This document shows, piece after piece, positions 39,613 through 53,142 of a DNA stretch of 64,000 nt (within the stretch, counting starts at the first letter, position 1; each line of letters opens with the position of its first letter). The notes under the pieces were generated by a model. It searched no databases. It had not been told where the DNA came from and saw only the letters and a program-made list of their open reading frames with translations. A program made the translations under genes and the position numbers. The stretch is from Octopus bimaculoides (Eukaryota), in NCBI RefSeq assembly GCF_001194135.2, contig NC_068985.1:118848296-118912295 (forward strand). The letters run 5' to 3'.

Positions 39613-40013
39613 TATCAACTTTAAATAGAGCTCAAAATTAATCCGTTGAAAATACTTTATTGCAACAACAATAACAATAATAACAATAATAATAACAAAT
39701 AAATATATATATATATATATATAAATCCTACACGATTAGATGANNNNNNNNNNNNNNNNNNNNNNNNNNNNNNNNNNNNNNNNNNNNNNNNNNNNNNNNN
39801 NNNNNNNNNNNNNNNNATTATCTTCGAAACGTCGAGTTAGAATAGAGGCAGCTGATGAAGGAATAATTCCAAGTGGTTATCTGTTTTCCTATGTGTTCAT
39901 TCCGTTGTCTGTAGTTCATTTTTCTAACGTCATGTACCCTTATATGCATCTATATACACATGTAGATGTAAGTATGTACATATATGTGTGTATACATGCA
40001 TAAACATTCTTTG

Positions 40014-40057
<44 letters not shown>

Positions 40058-40798
40058 GAATCATTTCACCTGCTACTATGTTCTGGGTTCAAATTCCGCT
40101 GAAGTCGACTTTGCCTTTCATCATTTTGGGGTCAATAGATTGAGTACCAGTGGAACACTGGGGTTGATGTAATCGACTAGTCCCCTCCCCACAAATTTCA
40201 GGCTTTGTGTCTTTAGCGGAAAGGATTATTATTATTATCATTATTAATATTATTATTATCATCATCATCACCATCATCATTATTATCATTACAAGAGTGC
40301 GGTAATACTAAAACAGAATAGCATTAATGCTTTTCTCTGGGTATTAAGGATGGAAGTGCAATGAAATGACTATTACAGAGAATTGAAGATACATCACATA
40401 CTTCACAAATGTGGTTTTCTGAGATCTTACATCCACACCTCTTGTTTGTTTAAAATTCTATATTGCTACAATATTCAACATTGCTTTTGTCTAATTTTAC
40501 AAAAGTAAGGTATTTTTTTGCCTCTTTCTTTCTCATCCATGTCATATAGATATATATGCTATATTTGTAAAATTTAAATACACACTGCTTGCTTGAAGTT
40601 CTGTAATTATAACAATGTTTAAACCTCTTTGATTCCCATTAGAGATGAGATGTATTTTACACCTCTCTCTTATTTTACTCCTCCTCTCTCTCTCTTGTTT
40701 TATAACTTATGTAGCTATTATTTATATTAAAGATTTTCTGTATTCATGAAACTCCTACATTTGTTGCTGGTTTCAAAATATATCATGGAAATGTTTAA

Positions 40799-41101
40799 CC
40801 CATTACCTACCAGTGATCTCATATGAGATCACTTAAAAATTACAAATTTCGTAATTATCTGTCAATATTTACACATATCTAACCTTTTTGCTATATCTAC
40901 TAGGTATATTTCTCTGATATTCAAATGAGGTTTGCTAATTTTTCACCCAATATCTTGCTTATTTCTATTTAAAATGTTATTTTGAAATGTTATTTTGAAA
41001 TGTTATTTTGATCATTCCAGCGTGTTTCTAAGGCTGTTTTATGCTAGAAATCAAAGTTTCATAAAAAAATTCCAGTTAATAGAATTATGGGAGGTAATGG
41101 G
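40799..41101. mobile_element. piggyBac-like MITE
   Basis: TIRs CCCATTACCT(A/C)CCA; TTAA at 40795-40798 and 41102-41105. Confidence 0.9.
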
Positions 41102-41244
41102 TTAAGCCATTTCCAGCTGGATTCCCATAAGAATCAGACTAGTATGTATCTTGACACTTCTTCTCTGTTCCCATCTATAGCTATTACATGCTTTGTTCTC
41201 CAAATACTCATCTACTTACTATACTACTATGGAAGTTTTTATGA

Positions 41245-41410
41245 AGACGCTCGAGCTGCTAGAAATAGCATTCAAATCTCTTCCAAATCCAACTCCACCA
41301 TCTTAAAAAAAAGAGAAACTATTTGATAACGTAGTCCGAGATACCCTCAAAAAGATGAAATAGTCATGACCAAAATGCTTTGTATCACAAATTTGTTTGA
41401 CCCCAAGTTG
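41245..41410 (+). mobile_element. Unclassified dispersed repeat (family F, GCTGCTAGAAATAGCA...TTGGATAATGTAGT)
   Basis: Related fragments at 26440-26470(-), 29655-29790, 31800-31960(-), 33440-33640(-), 63255-63400. Confidence 0.65.
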
Positions 41411-41739
41411 TTATCTGGAGGTAAAAACAACTACTGCTACTACTATCATCATTGTTGCTAGATGATTTGGTTTACCATAAAAACACGGTAACAAAATTTA
41501 TATTTTTTGTCTTTGGTTAGTAAAATGTTACATCCCATTTGCTTCTATCTAGAAAACAAAGGAAATCACTACCATTCCCTTCAAACTTTCCTTTTGCAAC
41601 TTGGACATCACTGTTTTGAAGCTGACCCATTTTCCATTACATTTCAGACAGATTCAGTGTCAAGTTGCTGAAGCAGAAATATTGTTATAGTATGTATTCT
41701 GCTTATTGATTTTGTTTTGAGCCCTCTGTAAGCTTGACA

Positions 41740-42340
41740 TACTTGGAACAATGCATTTAGCTTCTAGGAACTAGGTCCCTAACTACAGAGTCTATCTAGG
41801 TGGCAGTACAAACCACAAATGTGTAGTGTTGAATTGTGGACAATCTACTCTATTCCAGTCATCTGATCTACATGATACACTATCTAGATACAATCTGGAT
41901 GACCTGATGACCAGATTAACATATTTGGTAAATCCTGTCAGGAGCTGCAAAGGGTTGGAAACATCCAGGTAGGTTTGTGAGACTTTCATACTACCACTCT
42001 AACAGGCTAAACCTACATAATCTTTGTATACATCTGATAAACTATTCCAATCTCACACTAGCAGTAAAGAAACCCTTCAGATGCCTATAGAAATGTGGTT
42101 GCCCAATTCCTGTAGGGGCATAGATGGCTGATAGTCTGAAGTATGACATTCACAGCTGGTTACATCTAGTACCAACAGCTTACCTTCTGGTTCCAGGAAG
42201 ATGGTCTATATTATGAGATCCAGACTCTTCTGAAAGAACACAGCAACTAGAACACCAGTTGACTTGGAGATGCATACACCTTGTATCCACTGAAAATGAG
42301 CATAAAGTCTCAGGGTTCAGAGATTCTATTCTGGTTAGTG
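41740..42340 (-). pseudogene. Decayed Tx1/L1-clade apurinic endonuclease domain
   Basis: PEGKLLVLDV..FRLSAIYAPTGIGQPHFYRHL..SSRLYLDSV..VDCPQF. Confidence 0.75.
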
Positions 42341-44702
42341 GTCCCTACATCTATACCTAGTGACCTGGGATCATTGAGCCGGTAACCCTGATTCCATGGT
42401 GAACCTAGGTCATATGCATTTATAGAGCCTTATAATAATCATAATAATCTAACCAGACAAAATTCTGTAAGAATTACGATAACACCATACTGTAGATTTA
42501 TCCAACCCATACTAACATGGAAAACAAGTGGCATAATTATGATGACAATGATGATGATAATTGATGATGATTATGATGACTGATGATGATGATGAGGGTT
42601 ATGATGATGATGATGACGATGACGACAATGATGATGCTGATGATGATGCTGATGATGCTGCTGCTGATGATGATGATGAAATACACATTCACACATACAT
42701 ATACACATAAAAATCCATGAGAAAATAACATTGAAAGAAAACAAAACATTGATGTATGTCTGAAAAAACAATAGAAGCAATATTTACATTACTGCTATCC
42801 TCATCATCATCAGCACCAACACCACCACCACCACTACCACCACAACCACCACCACCACCGCTCCCACTGCTGCCACCATAACCATTACCACCAGCACCAC
42901 CACCACCACCANNNNNNNNNNNNNNNNNNNNNNNNNNNNNNNNNNNNNNNNNNNNNNNNNNNNNNNNNCAACCATCATTGACCACCACCACCGCCACCAC
43001 CACCACAACCACAACCACCGACACCACCACCACCACCACCGCTCCCACTGCTGCCACCATAACCATTACCACCAGCACCACCACCACCACCACCACCATC
43101 ATCATCACCATTATTAATGAATAACAACAAACATAATTGATAACCACATTGTTTTTCATCTTCAAAGTAAACATTATGAAGAAAATCAACAACCCTTTTC
43201 TGTTTTTTTGTTTACACCCTTCGCTTGAACGTAATAAATATTTTATTTACTGCATCAAAAGCCATTTAATTTCATACTGTATTCAAAACAGTGAGGCGCC
43301 TTTATAATTGCCAACTTATCTATGTTGGATTTTATTTATTTATTTGTTTAAATAAAATTTGTTTTCCTTTAAAAATATAATTTAGAAATTGAAAAAGAAA
43401 AATATAATGGCAAAATGGGAAAAACTAAAAGCGAAAATTAGAAAAACAAATTTTTTTTTTGGCAAATAAATGGAGAGAAAAGAAGAAAAATCCACATTTT
43501 ATATTAAGAATGAATAAAAAAAATAACATTTGTATGTAAGAAAGGAGTGCTTTGCCAGTATATTCATAATGTATCTGTACAAATATCTCTGTTGGACTCC
43601 AAGTGGGTTTTTCAGAACCTGTACCTACATATTAAAGGTATGTGGCCAAATGGTTAAGGTGTTGGATTCGTGATTGTTATGTTATAAGCTTGTTTCTCAG
43701 TTTGGGTGGCATGTCATGTCCTGTCCTTCATTTATGCTATCTTCAGCCGTCTCTGTTGAAAATGCTTACCAGCAGCTGGGGTGGGTGGGGTGTGTGTCTT
43801 GTGATCTGCTTTCACTTACTTAAAAATTCCAAGTAAAAATCAGATACACTTTCAACCTAACAAGTCTTTAGCCTTAAAACACTTACATGCTTCTAGTTTC
43901 ATAACATGGAAGTGAATGAGTGATAAATTCTCTTCTGTACATGAAGCAAATTTTTTGCCCATCATTTCCAGTAATTGACTGTCACCACCACCACCACCAC
44001 CATCATCATCATCATTATTTTAATGTCCATTTTCTTATGTTTGTATGGGTCAAACAGTACCTTGTTGAAGTAGATTCCCTATGGCCTGATGCCCTTCTTG
44101 TCACCAACCTTCACCTGTTTCAAAGTAAAGTAATATTTCCCCATGATCATGATCAGTTGTTTCCACAAAAGATTCATGAACTTTGAATGGCAGATGTTTT
44201 GTGCACTTTGATTTTGTGAGTAAATTTTGAAAACTGCTTTCGAGAATCTCCAAATTAGAGATCCTCCATGATCAGACAGTTTCACTGAAGAAACAAAGGA
44301 CGCTGTTTAAATGACAGTGACACTTGTTTACAACTATCACATGACATCAAAGTAAGAGACAGTAACACACACAAACACACATACACACACACACATACAT
44401 ATACATTTATCAGGCTTCTTTTAGTTTCATCCACCAAATCAACTCACAGGGCTTTGGCTGGTTTGGAACCATAGTAGAAGACACTTGCCAAAGGTGCCAT
44501 GCGATAAGATTGAACCCCATACCTACCTACACCTACACCAGAGTATATATTGTTAAATTGGCATTTCATTTAGACATTGCAAGACTAACAACCTGTAGAA
44601 CTCAATATACGTATTCTTCAGAACAAAGTGTTAGATGAGTATAAAGCAGTAATAAGAAAATCAGATGACGAAAGAAATAACAATTATGTTATGGACTTCA
44701 TT

Positions 44703-44783
44703 AGCTTACGGCTGTTTCTGCTATAAGATGCAGTGGCTTCATAGTAGAGTGCCTGAAGAACACCTTACAACTTCATCAGAGCC
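44703..44783 (-). ncRNA. Type I hammerhead ribozyme motif with long stem II
   Basis: GGCT-CTGATGA-A-[11-bp stem II]-A-GAAA-C-AGCC-GTA-AGCT; stem I 4 bp; non-canonical A.A at the base of stem II. Confidence 0.6.
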
Positions 44784-45740
44784 TCAAATATGAAGTGCAA
44801 TTTATTTGGGAAAAGAATTAAATTTGTGCGTATATATTTATATATCATTACCAGTGATGCGTATATATTTATATATCATTACCAGTGAGAAAGTCAAAAC
44901 AGAAACACTGCCAGTAAATGCAGGATATACAAATTAGATTGGTTACTTCAACTGTATAACAGCTAATAATATGTTATAAGTAACTATCAATGTATTTATT
45001 TCCCTGTGGGTATAAAATGAAGATGCCTCCTTTCTGATGAACAAACATCTAGTTGTGAAATTACATTAAACATAATCCTATTTACTTTTTCTGAGCATGG
45101 AAGAGAAACTAAACATATTTACATTAACTTATGTTTTCAGAACAAGATTTTAGAGAAACAAATGAAAGGAACTGTAGATAAGCAGATGTTTAGTTAGGAA
45201 GTTCACTTTGTGACCACATAGTTTCATATTCGGTCCCACTGTACAGCACCTTGGACAAGTGTCTACTATAGCTGTGGGCTGACTAATGATTTTGTGAGTG
45301 AATTTGGTACATAGAAACTGAGTGGAAACCTGTCATACGCATGACCATAACCAGTTGAGCATGTCCCTTAGTGGCTGACAATATGTGCATCTCTGATCAT
45401 GAGCAGGAGTAGTTGGGGAGCATCATAGCCATGTGTTGAGAGGGATTCTTTGGGGTTTGAATAAATATCATAACAAAAGCAAAGTTTGAAGGAAATATTA
45501 GCTATTTAAAATTTTTTTTAGGGGTAAGCAAAGCAGGAAATAACAGTTGCTACCCAAGGATAAATTACACAGTATAATACAAATGATGATGACGACAATG
45601 ATGATGATGATGGAATAAAGTTGTGATAAATTCAATGACACTGATGATGAATATGCCAGGGATGAAAAATAAGGGGGATGGGATGATAGGGATGGGTGAG
45701 AATAATATGACAAGAACGCAATTATGATGATAATGATAAC

Positions 45741-46783
45741 GATGAAAAGAGATGAAGATGAAAAGAGACGAAGATGAAAAGAGATGAAGATGAAAAGAGA
45801 TGAAGACGAAAAGCGATGAAGACAAAATGAGATGAAGATGAAAAGAGATGAAAAGTGATGAAGATGAAAAGCGATGAAGATGAAAAGAGATGAAGATGAA
45901 AAGAGATGAAGATGAAATGAGATGAAAAGAGATGAAAAGCGATGAAGATGAAAAGAGATGAAGATGAAAAGCGATGAGGATGAAAAGAGATGAAGATGAA
46001 AAGAGATGAAAAGCGATGAAGATGAAAAGAGATGAAGATGAAAAGAGATGAAGATAAAAAGAGATGAAAAGAGATGGAAAGCGATGAAGATGAAAAGAGA
46101 TGAAAAGCGATGAAGATGAAAAGAGATGAAAAGAGATGAAGATGAAAAGAGATGAAAAGCAATGAAGATGGAAAGCGATGAAGATGAAAAGAGATGAAAA
46201 GCGATGAAGATGAAAAGCGATGAAGATGAAAAGAGATGAAGATGAAAAGAGATGAAAAGCGATGAAGATGAAAAGCGATGATGATGAAAAGCGATGAAGA
46301 TNNNNNNNNNNNNNNNNNNNNNNNNNNNNNNNNNNNNNNNNNNNNNNNNNNNNNNNNNNNNNNNNNNNNNNNNNNNNNNNNNNNNNNNNNNNNNNNNNNN
46401 NNNNNNNNNNNNNNNNNNNNNNNNNNNNNNNNNNNNNNNNNNNNNNNNNNNNNNNNNNNNNNNNNNNNNNNNNNNNNNNNNNNNNNNNNNNNNNNNNNNN
46501 NNNNNNNNNNNNNNNNNNNNNNNNNNNNNNNNNNNNNNNGATGAAGATGAAAGGAAATGAAGATGAAAAGCGATGAAGATGAAAAGAGATGAAGATGAAA
46601 AGAGATGAAGATGAAAAGAGATGAAGATGAAAAGAGATGAAGATGAAAAGCGATGAGGATGAAAAGAGATGAAGATGAAAAGAGATGAAAAGCGATGAAG
46701 ATGAAAAGCGATGAAGATGAAAAGAGATGAAGATGAAAAGAGATGAAGATGAAAAGAGATGAAGATGAAAAGAGATGAAGATG
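45741..46783. repeat. Compound GATGAA / GATGAAAAG(A/C) tandem array spanning a gap
   Basis: Direct inspection; N gap 46302-46539. Confidence 0.95.
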
Positions 46784-47148
46784 TCAATGGTGATGATTAT
46801 AGTCACAATAATGTTGATGTTGAAAAAAAAGATGATAAAAGATAATCAGTTTGATTCCTTTTAATCCTCACATTATTTGGTTGATATTTCATTTTTGGTG
46901 TGTTGTGTGCATATTGTGCATGTATGTGTATTTGAACACATGTGTATATGTATGTGCATATGTGGATGTAAATATATATGCATGTATGTGTATATATATG
47001 TATATATATATATAACACAGAGATATAAATGTATACATGTATATAGATTTATGCATATATGTGTATATATAGGCATACACGCACACAAACCAACACACAA
47101 CTACTAAATGTTTTCAGTGTCAAATTCTTGTTTGTCCATTCACTCACT

Positions 47149-47184
<36 letters not shown>

Positions 47185-47186
47185 TG

Positions 47187-47217
<31 letters not shown>

Positions 47218-47387
47218 TTTCCCCCCTTTGTTAAATCTTCCTTTCTGCAAGAACATCGCAGAGAAAAATCTAATGCACGAACATTTTCAAGGAGAATGAA
47301 ACCACAGAAAACATCATTCAACCACACACACACACACACACACAGAAACAAGACAGAACACAAATACACACATACATCACTACCACC

Positions 47388-47419
<32 letters not shown>

Positions 47420-47738
47420 CAACAGCAACATCTTTAAAAACCAAAATGAGAGAAAAAAAAGGAACAAAACTGAAACTAACTCCTTACTTTTAGCAAGAAA
47501 TAAACTATTCAGTGCATACATAAATCTGATATTGTTATGTGATTATGTTATTGCTGGAGATTCGAGCTTTGATTGTTGTTGGAAAAGGGATTTTTTTCTC
47601 GTTTTCTGTTTTGTTTTGTTTTGTTTGGTAAATTTTCTTTCAGTAGATTTTTAAAAATTGTTGCATGATTTTGTTGTTGTTGTTGTGATGTTGTTTTTGC
47701 TGCTGCTGCTGCTGCTACTATTATTACTATAGCTGCTG

Positions 47739-47791
<53 letters not shown>

Positions 47792-47840
47792 GTCACTGCT
47801 GCTACTGCCACCACTAATGCTGTTACTACTATAGCTGCTG

Positions 47841-47872
<32 letters not shown>

Positions 47873-48204
47873 NNNNNNNNNNNNNNNNNNNNNNNNNNNN
47901 NNNNNNNNNNNNNNNNNNNNNNNNNNNNNNNNNNNNNNNNNNNNNNNNNNNNNNNNNNNNNNNNNNNNNNNNNNNNNNNNNNNNNNNNNNNNNNNNNNNN
48001 NNNNNNNNNNNNNNNNNNNNNNNNNNNNNNNNNNNNNNNNNNNNNNNNNNNNNNNNNNNNNNNNNNNNNNNNNNNNNNNNNNNNNNNNNNNNNNNNNNNN
48101 NNNNNNNNNNNNNNNNNNNNNNNNNNNNNNACTACTACTACTACCCTCACCACCACCACCACTACTACTACTACCCTCACCACCACCACCACCACCACCA
48201 CCAT

Positions 48205-48242
<38 letters not shown>

Positions 48243-48599
48243 GTGTCAGTGTTGCTACTGCTACCGCCACTACTACTGTTGTTTTTTTCTTTCTTATTAC
48301 TGCTGTTGTTATTTGTCAAAAATGGTTTTTGAAGTGTTGTTATTCAATATCGATTGTCTGTAATTTGTATCATTTTTTTTCTTATGCTAACATTTGCTGT
48401 TTGGTAGTGATGATGACAAAGATGATGATGACGAAGATGATGATGATGATGATGAGGAGGAGGATGAGTGGTCATAATGTTGGTGTTGGTGGTGATGGTA
48501 GGCACAGTGTTAGTGGAGATATTCGGAAAGGCAGTCATGGTTAGTAGTGGTGATGATGAATGGATAAAGAAATAAAGTGATGATGTATGCTAGATGCAA

Positions 48600-48815
48600 T
48601 CCTATTGCTTGTGGTTATCATCTTTCCTCTTTACATACAATCTTGACACATCACTCTTGGGGTGTAGTTCCTTGTTCATTGTCATTAATTTACATGTTCT
48701 CCGATCTATCTCTTGTAATTCATGCTTCTTCCAGGATACTATTCCTGCCCTATATCTCATCAAAGCAACTGCCCATGCGCTAATTGCTCTAATCTTATAG
48801 CGACCATTTAGCTTT
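48600..48815 (-). pseudogene. R4/Dong-clade RT thumb-region fragment
   Basis: Open frame KLNGRYKIRAISAWAVALMRYRAGIVSWKKHELQEIDRRTCKLMTMNKELHPKSDVSRLYVKRKD. Confidence 0.88.
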
Positions 48816-48821
48816 ACTAGA

Positions 48822-49059
48822 AAGGCGGCGAGCTGGCAGAAACGTTAGCACGCCGGGCGAAATGCTTAGCAGTATTTCGTCTGCCGTTACGTTCTGAGTT
48901 CAAATCCCGCCGAGGTCGACTTTGCCTTTCATCCATTCAGGGTCGATTAAATAAGTACCAGTTACGCACTGGGGTTGATATAATTGACTTAATCCGTTTG
49001 TCTGTCCTTGTTTGTCCCCTCTCTGTTTAGCTTCTTGTGGGCAATAAAGAAATAAGAAA
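48822..49059 (+). mobile_element. Family A tRNA SINE, young full-length copy
   Basis: CpG-rich; TGGCAGAAACGTTAG and GAGTTCAAATCCC boxes; body GGTCGACTTTGCCTTTCATCC. About 20 further copies or fragments, e.g. 6551-6770, 13188-13385, 15660-15870, 24165-24375, 40055-40230, 58310-58530, 61870-62085. Confidence 0.95.
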
Positions 49060-49656
49060 GGATTGTTATTATTATTATTATTATTATTATCAAGACCCAG
49101 CAAATAAAGTGAGTTCACAGCTGTATTCTACACCAGTTTCACATAACCAGCCCCAGCCTATTCAAAAGTACCTAGAATCATAGGGTGACCTGCTGTGCTT
49201 GAGGAGACCTATTGAGTCAAGTACATCAACATCAAAATGAAAATCAAATGGAAATTGCAGTTGTGATACCTGTGCTTGTGGCACATAAAAAGCATCATCT
49301 GAACATGGCTGATGCCAGCGCTGACTTGACTGGCTTCTGTGCTGGTGGCACGTAAAAAGCAGCAACTGATCGTGGCCGTTGCCAACCTCCTCTGGCCCCT
49401 GTGCTGGTGGCACATAAAAAGCACCCACTACACTCACAGAGTGGTTGGCGTTAAGAAGAGCATCCAGCTGTTGAAACACTGCCAGATCAGACTGGAGCCT
49501 GGTGCAGTCATCTAGAGATAAGTAAAATTATTACCTGCTTTTATAGCAAGTTGATGTAGGTAGTTTATCCCGTCCCCTCTGACTTCTAGTTCATGCAATT
49601 GAAAAAACTGCATTATTTATAGGATGATCCAATATATATGTAAATCCAAATATATA

Positions 49657-50050
49657 TTCTTTTATTCTTTTACTTGTTTCAGTCATTTGACTGTGGCCAT
49701 GCTGGAGTACCACCTTTAGTCGAGCAAATCGACCCCAGGACTTATTCTTTGTAAGCCTAGTACTTATTCTATTGGTCTTTTTTGCCAAACCGCTAAGTTA
49801 CGGGGTTGTAAACACACCAGCATCAGTTGTCAAGCGATGGTGGGGGGGACAAACACGGACACACAAACACACACACACACGTGTATTCGATGAGCTTCTT
49901 TCAGTTTCCGTCTACCAAATGCACTCACAAAGCTTAGGTCGGCCCGAGGCTATTGCAGAAGACACTCGCCCAAGGTGCCACACAGTAGGACTGAACCCGG
50001 AACCATGTGGTTGGTTAGCAAGCTACTTACCACACAGCCAATCCTGTGCC
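49657..50050 (-). mobile_element. Family B SINE, full length
   Basis: Reverse homolog of 52682-53142. Confidence 0.92.
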
Positions 50051-51207
50051 TATATAGTTAATTTTGTAAAGGAAAGAATATATTGTCTGAGACTTAAGTG
50101 GGATGGATTATCGCTGTTAGATTATTCTTGCCAGCAATTTTTTATGGCCCTAATCAACGAACAGGGAATCTCCACCCTTAGGTTGTTTCCGGTCAGTAAC
50201 TATTTATTATGGCCTTAATCAACAAACGGGAATACCACACCTGCAACAGGTAGTGTTTAAAATGAGGACATGTGCTGTAGATCTCATTTCAGTAGTTTAA
50301 AAGTGTCTCCAAATCCAGCGAGTCTTTTAGGATCCTTGCCCATTCTGCTATGCAAAGCTTGCGTCTTCTACTCCCATTTATATAAGACTCTGGTTACTAT
50401 ATAGACCTCCATTTAATTGCTTATGGAGTACCTTTTCCCCTTAAGGTGCCACATATGGCTGGTCAAGGATGTGTCATGACATCTTTCTGGAATCCTAAAA
50501 GGGGACAGAGCGGGCAAAGACCCTAAATAACTCACTTGACTGTGGAGCCTTTTAAAAGACCAGCTTAGCAGTGTGTGTGTGTGTGTGTGTGGATGTGAAT
50601 GCATGCAAGAATATGTATGTATATGTACATAAATTTGCATGAGTGTGTGTGTGTATACATATAGAGAAGTAAATATGCTTTATCATAATATTTTGACATA
50701 TTGTGTAATAGTAACAAGTCATTCAGATAAACAACTTACACTATTAACACCTACTGCCTATCCTGAGTATTATCTCTCAGCATACAGCTTATGTGTACAC
50801 TGATGTGCATGTATGTGTATATTGGAGCTTGAGGCAAAAGCTGAAATAAGCAGAAAATATTGCAACCAGCTCATGTGGTATGAGTTCCAATTTGTGAGAG
50901 AATGTTTTGTTCAGTCTTTGGGTAGAACATTTAAATGTTTGTGAGCCAGTTCAGTAACCTATTTGGAATAAGTACCATTGGAGCTATTGAACCATTAATG
51001 AACATATCTGAAGAAGAAATCTCAAGCAACTGATTCTATTTATCACATTAGTGCATCAGATAAAATGCATTTATCGTGTCATCGTCACAGATTTACAGTA
51101 CACTTGTACTTACGTAATGTGTGTAAGCCCTGAAGAAGAAGAATTTGTGTGGGAATGTGTGTGTTTTGAGAGAGAGAGAGAGTGTGTGTGTGTGTGGAAG
51201 GGTGTAT

Positions 51208-51253
<46 letters not shown>

Positions 51254-51325
51254 GAGAGACAGAGAGACAGACAGAGACAGAGAGAAAAAAGAGAAAGGGA
51301 GAGAAAGAAAGAGAGAGAGAGAGAG

Positions 51326-51356
<31 letters not shown>

Positions 51357-52000
51357 NNNNNNNNNNNNNNNNNNNNNNNNNNNNNNNNNNNNNNNNNNNN
51401 NNNNNNNNNNNNNNNNNNNNNNNNNNNNNNNNNNNNNNNNNNNNNNNNNNNNNNNNNNNNNNNNNNNNNNNNNNNNNNNNNNNNNNNNNNNNNNNNNNNN
51501 NNNNNNNNNNNNNNNNNNNNNNNNNNNNNNNNNNNNNNNNNNNNNNNNNNNNNNNNNNNNNNNNNNNNNNNNNNNNNNNNNNNNNNNNNNNNNNNNNNNN
51601 NNNNNNNNNNNNNNNNNNNNNNNNNNNNNNNNNNNNNNNNNNNNNNNNNNNNNNNNNNNNNNNNNNNNNNNNNNNNNNNNNNNNNNNNNNNNNNNNNNNN
51701 NNNNNNNNNNNNNNNNNNNNNNNNNNNNNNNNNNNNNNNNNNNNNNNNNNNNNNNNNNNNNNNNNNNNNNNNNNNNNNNNNNNNNNNNNNNNNNNNNNNN
51801 NNNNNNNNNNNNNNNNNNNNNNNNNNNNNNNNNNNNNNNNNNNNNNNNNNNNNNNNNNNNNNNNNNNNNNNNNNNNNNNNNNNNNNNNNNNNNNNNNNNN
51901 NNNNNNNNNNNNTATATATATATATATATACATACATACATATATATGCACATATTCACACAAATTGGTTTATATACTTATATGTATGTATATATATTTT

Positions 52001-52045
<45 letters not shown>

Positions 52046-52174
52046 ATTTGTGTGAGTTCTGTTTATTTTGCTAGACAAAAATATGAAAGCAAAGTGCTTA
52101 ATATAACCTTATGTTAGATTTGTGTAGAATCTGAGATACGTTTATTTATGTGAGGGTAAACAGGAATTACATTC

Positions 52175-52292
52175 TGGATAACAGTTTTGTTCAATCAACC
52201 TTTTGGTTGACTGTACACATCAGTGGATTTTCTTATCAAACTGTTGATGTGTATGGTCTAGTGAAAGGTCGATTGAACAAAATTGTGGTCCA
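52175..52292 (+). ncRNA. Long gapless hairpin (candidate structured RNA or pre-miRNA; alternatively an old palindromic element)
   Basis: 52 paired positions: 39 Watson-Crick, 9 G-U, 4 mismatches; 14-nt loop. Confidence 0.4.
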
Positions 52293-52450
52293 CTCCGTGC
52301 TTATCCTATAAATAATAATAAACATTGTCTATGTGCATGTCTATGATATATATGTATGTATATATCTATATATCTCTCTCTTATATATCATACACACACA
52401 CAAACATATATGCATATATCTATATACATATGTATACATATATATGTGTT

Positions 52451-52535
<85 letters not shown>

Positions 52536-52681
52536 ATATATGTATATGCATGTGTATATATCTGTATATGTATGTATGTATATATAAACATGTATGTATA
52601 TATGCATGTATATATTTCTATCTATCTCTATCTTATATATTAAGATATATATACACACACACAATACATATATATATATAA

Positions 52682-52885
52682 GCGGAGGTGTGGCTGTGTG
52701 GTAAGAAGCTTGCTTCCCAACGACATGGTTTCGGGTTCAGTCCCACTGTGTGGCACCTTGGGCAAATATGTTCTACTATAGCCTTGGGCCAACCAAAGCT
52801 TTGTGAGTGGATTTGGTAGATGGATTTGGTAGGTGGATTTGGTAGAAAGAAGCCCATCATGTATATATATATGACGGGCTTCTTT

Positions 52886-52920
<35 letters not shown>

Positions 52921-53142
52921 TTGTGTGTATGTTTGTGTGTCTGTGTTTGTCCCCTCCACTATCACTTGACCACTGATGTTGGTGTGTTTACGTCCCTGTA
53001 ACTTAGCGGTTCAGCAAAAGAGACCAATAAAATAAGTACTAGGCTTACAAAAGAATAAGTCTTGAGTGCAATTTGTTCGAATAAAGGCGGTGCTGTAGCA
53101 TGGCCACAGTCAAATGACTGAAACAAGTAAACGAATAAAAGG
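52682..53142 (+). mobile_element. Family B SINE, full length, with internal (TA)/(TG) microsatellite
   Basis: tRNA-like head, CORE-like block, tail ending AAATGACTGAAACAAGTAAA; (TA)n on both flanks. Other copies at 6985-7135(-), 28340-28580(-), 29800-30170, 37053-37222, 53355-53680, 62490-63230. Confidence 0.92.

Noticed and set aside
45498-46806. 429-aa and 413-aa Phe/Ser/His-rich ORFs, or a CRISPR-like array
   Set aside because: Simple compound tandem repeat without unique spacers; stop-free because of composition.
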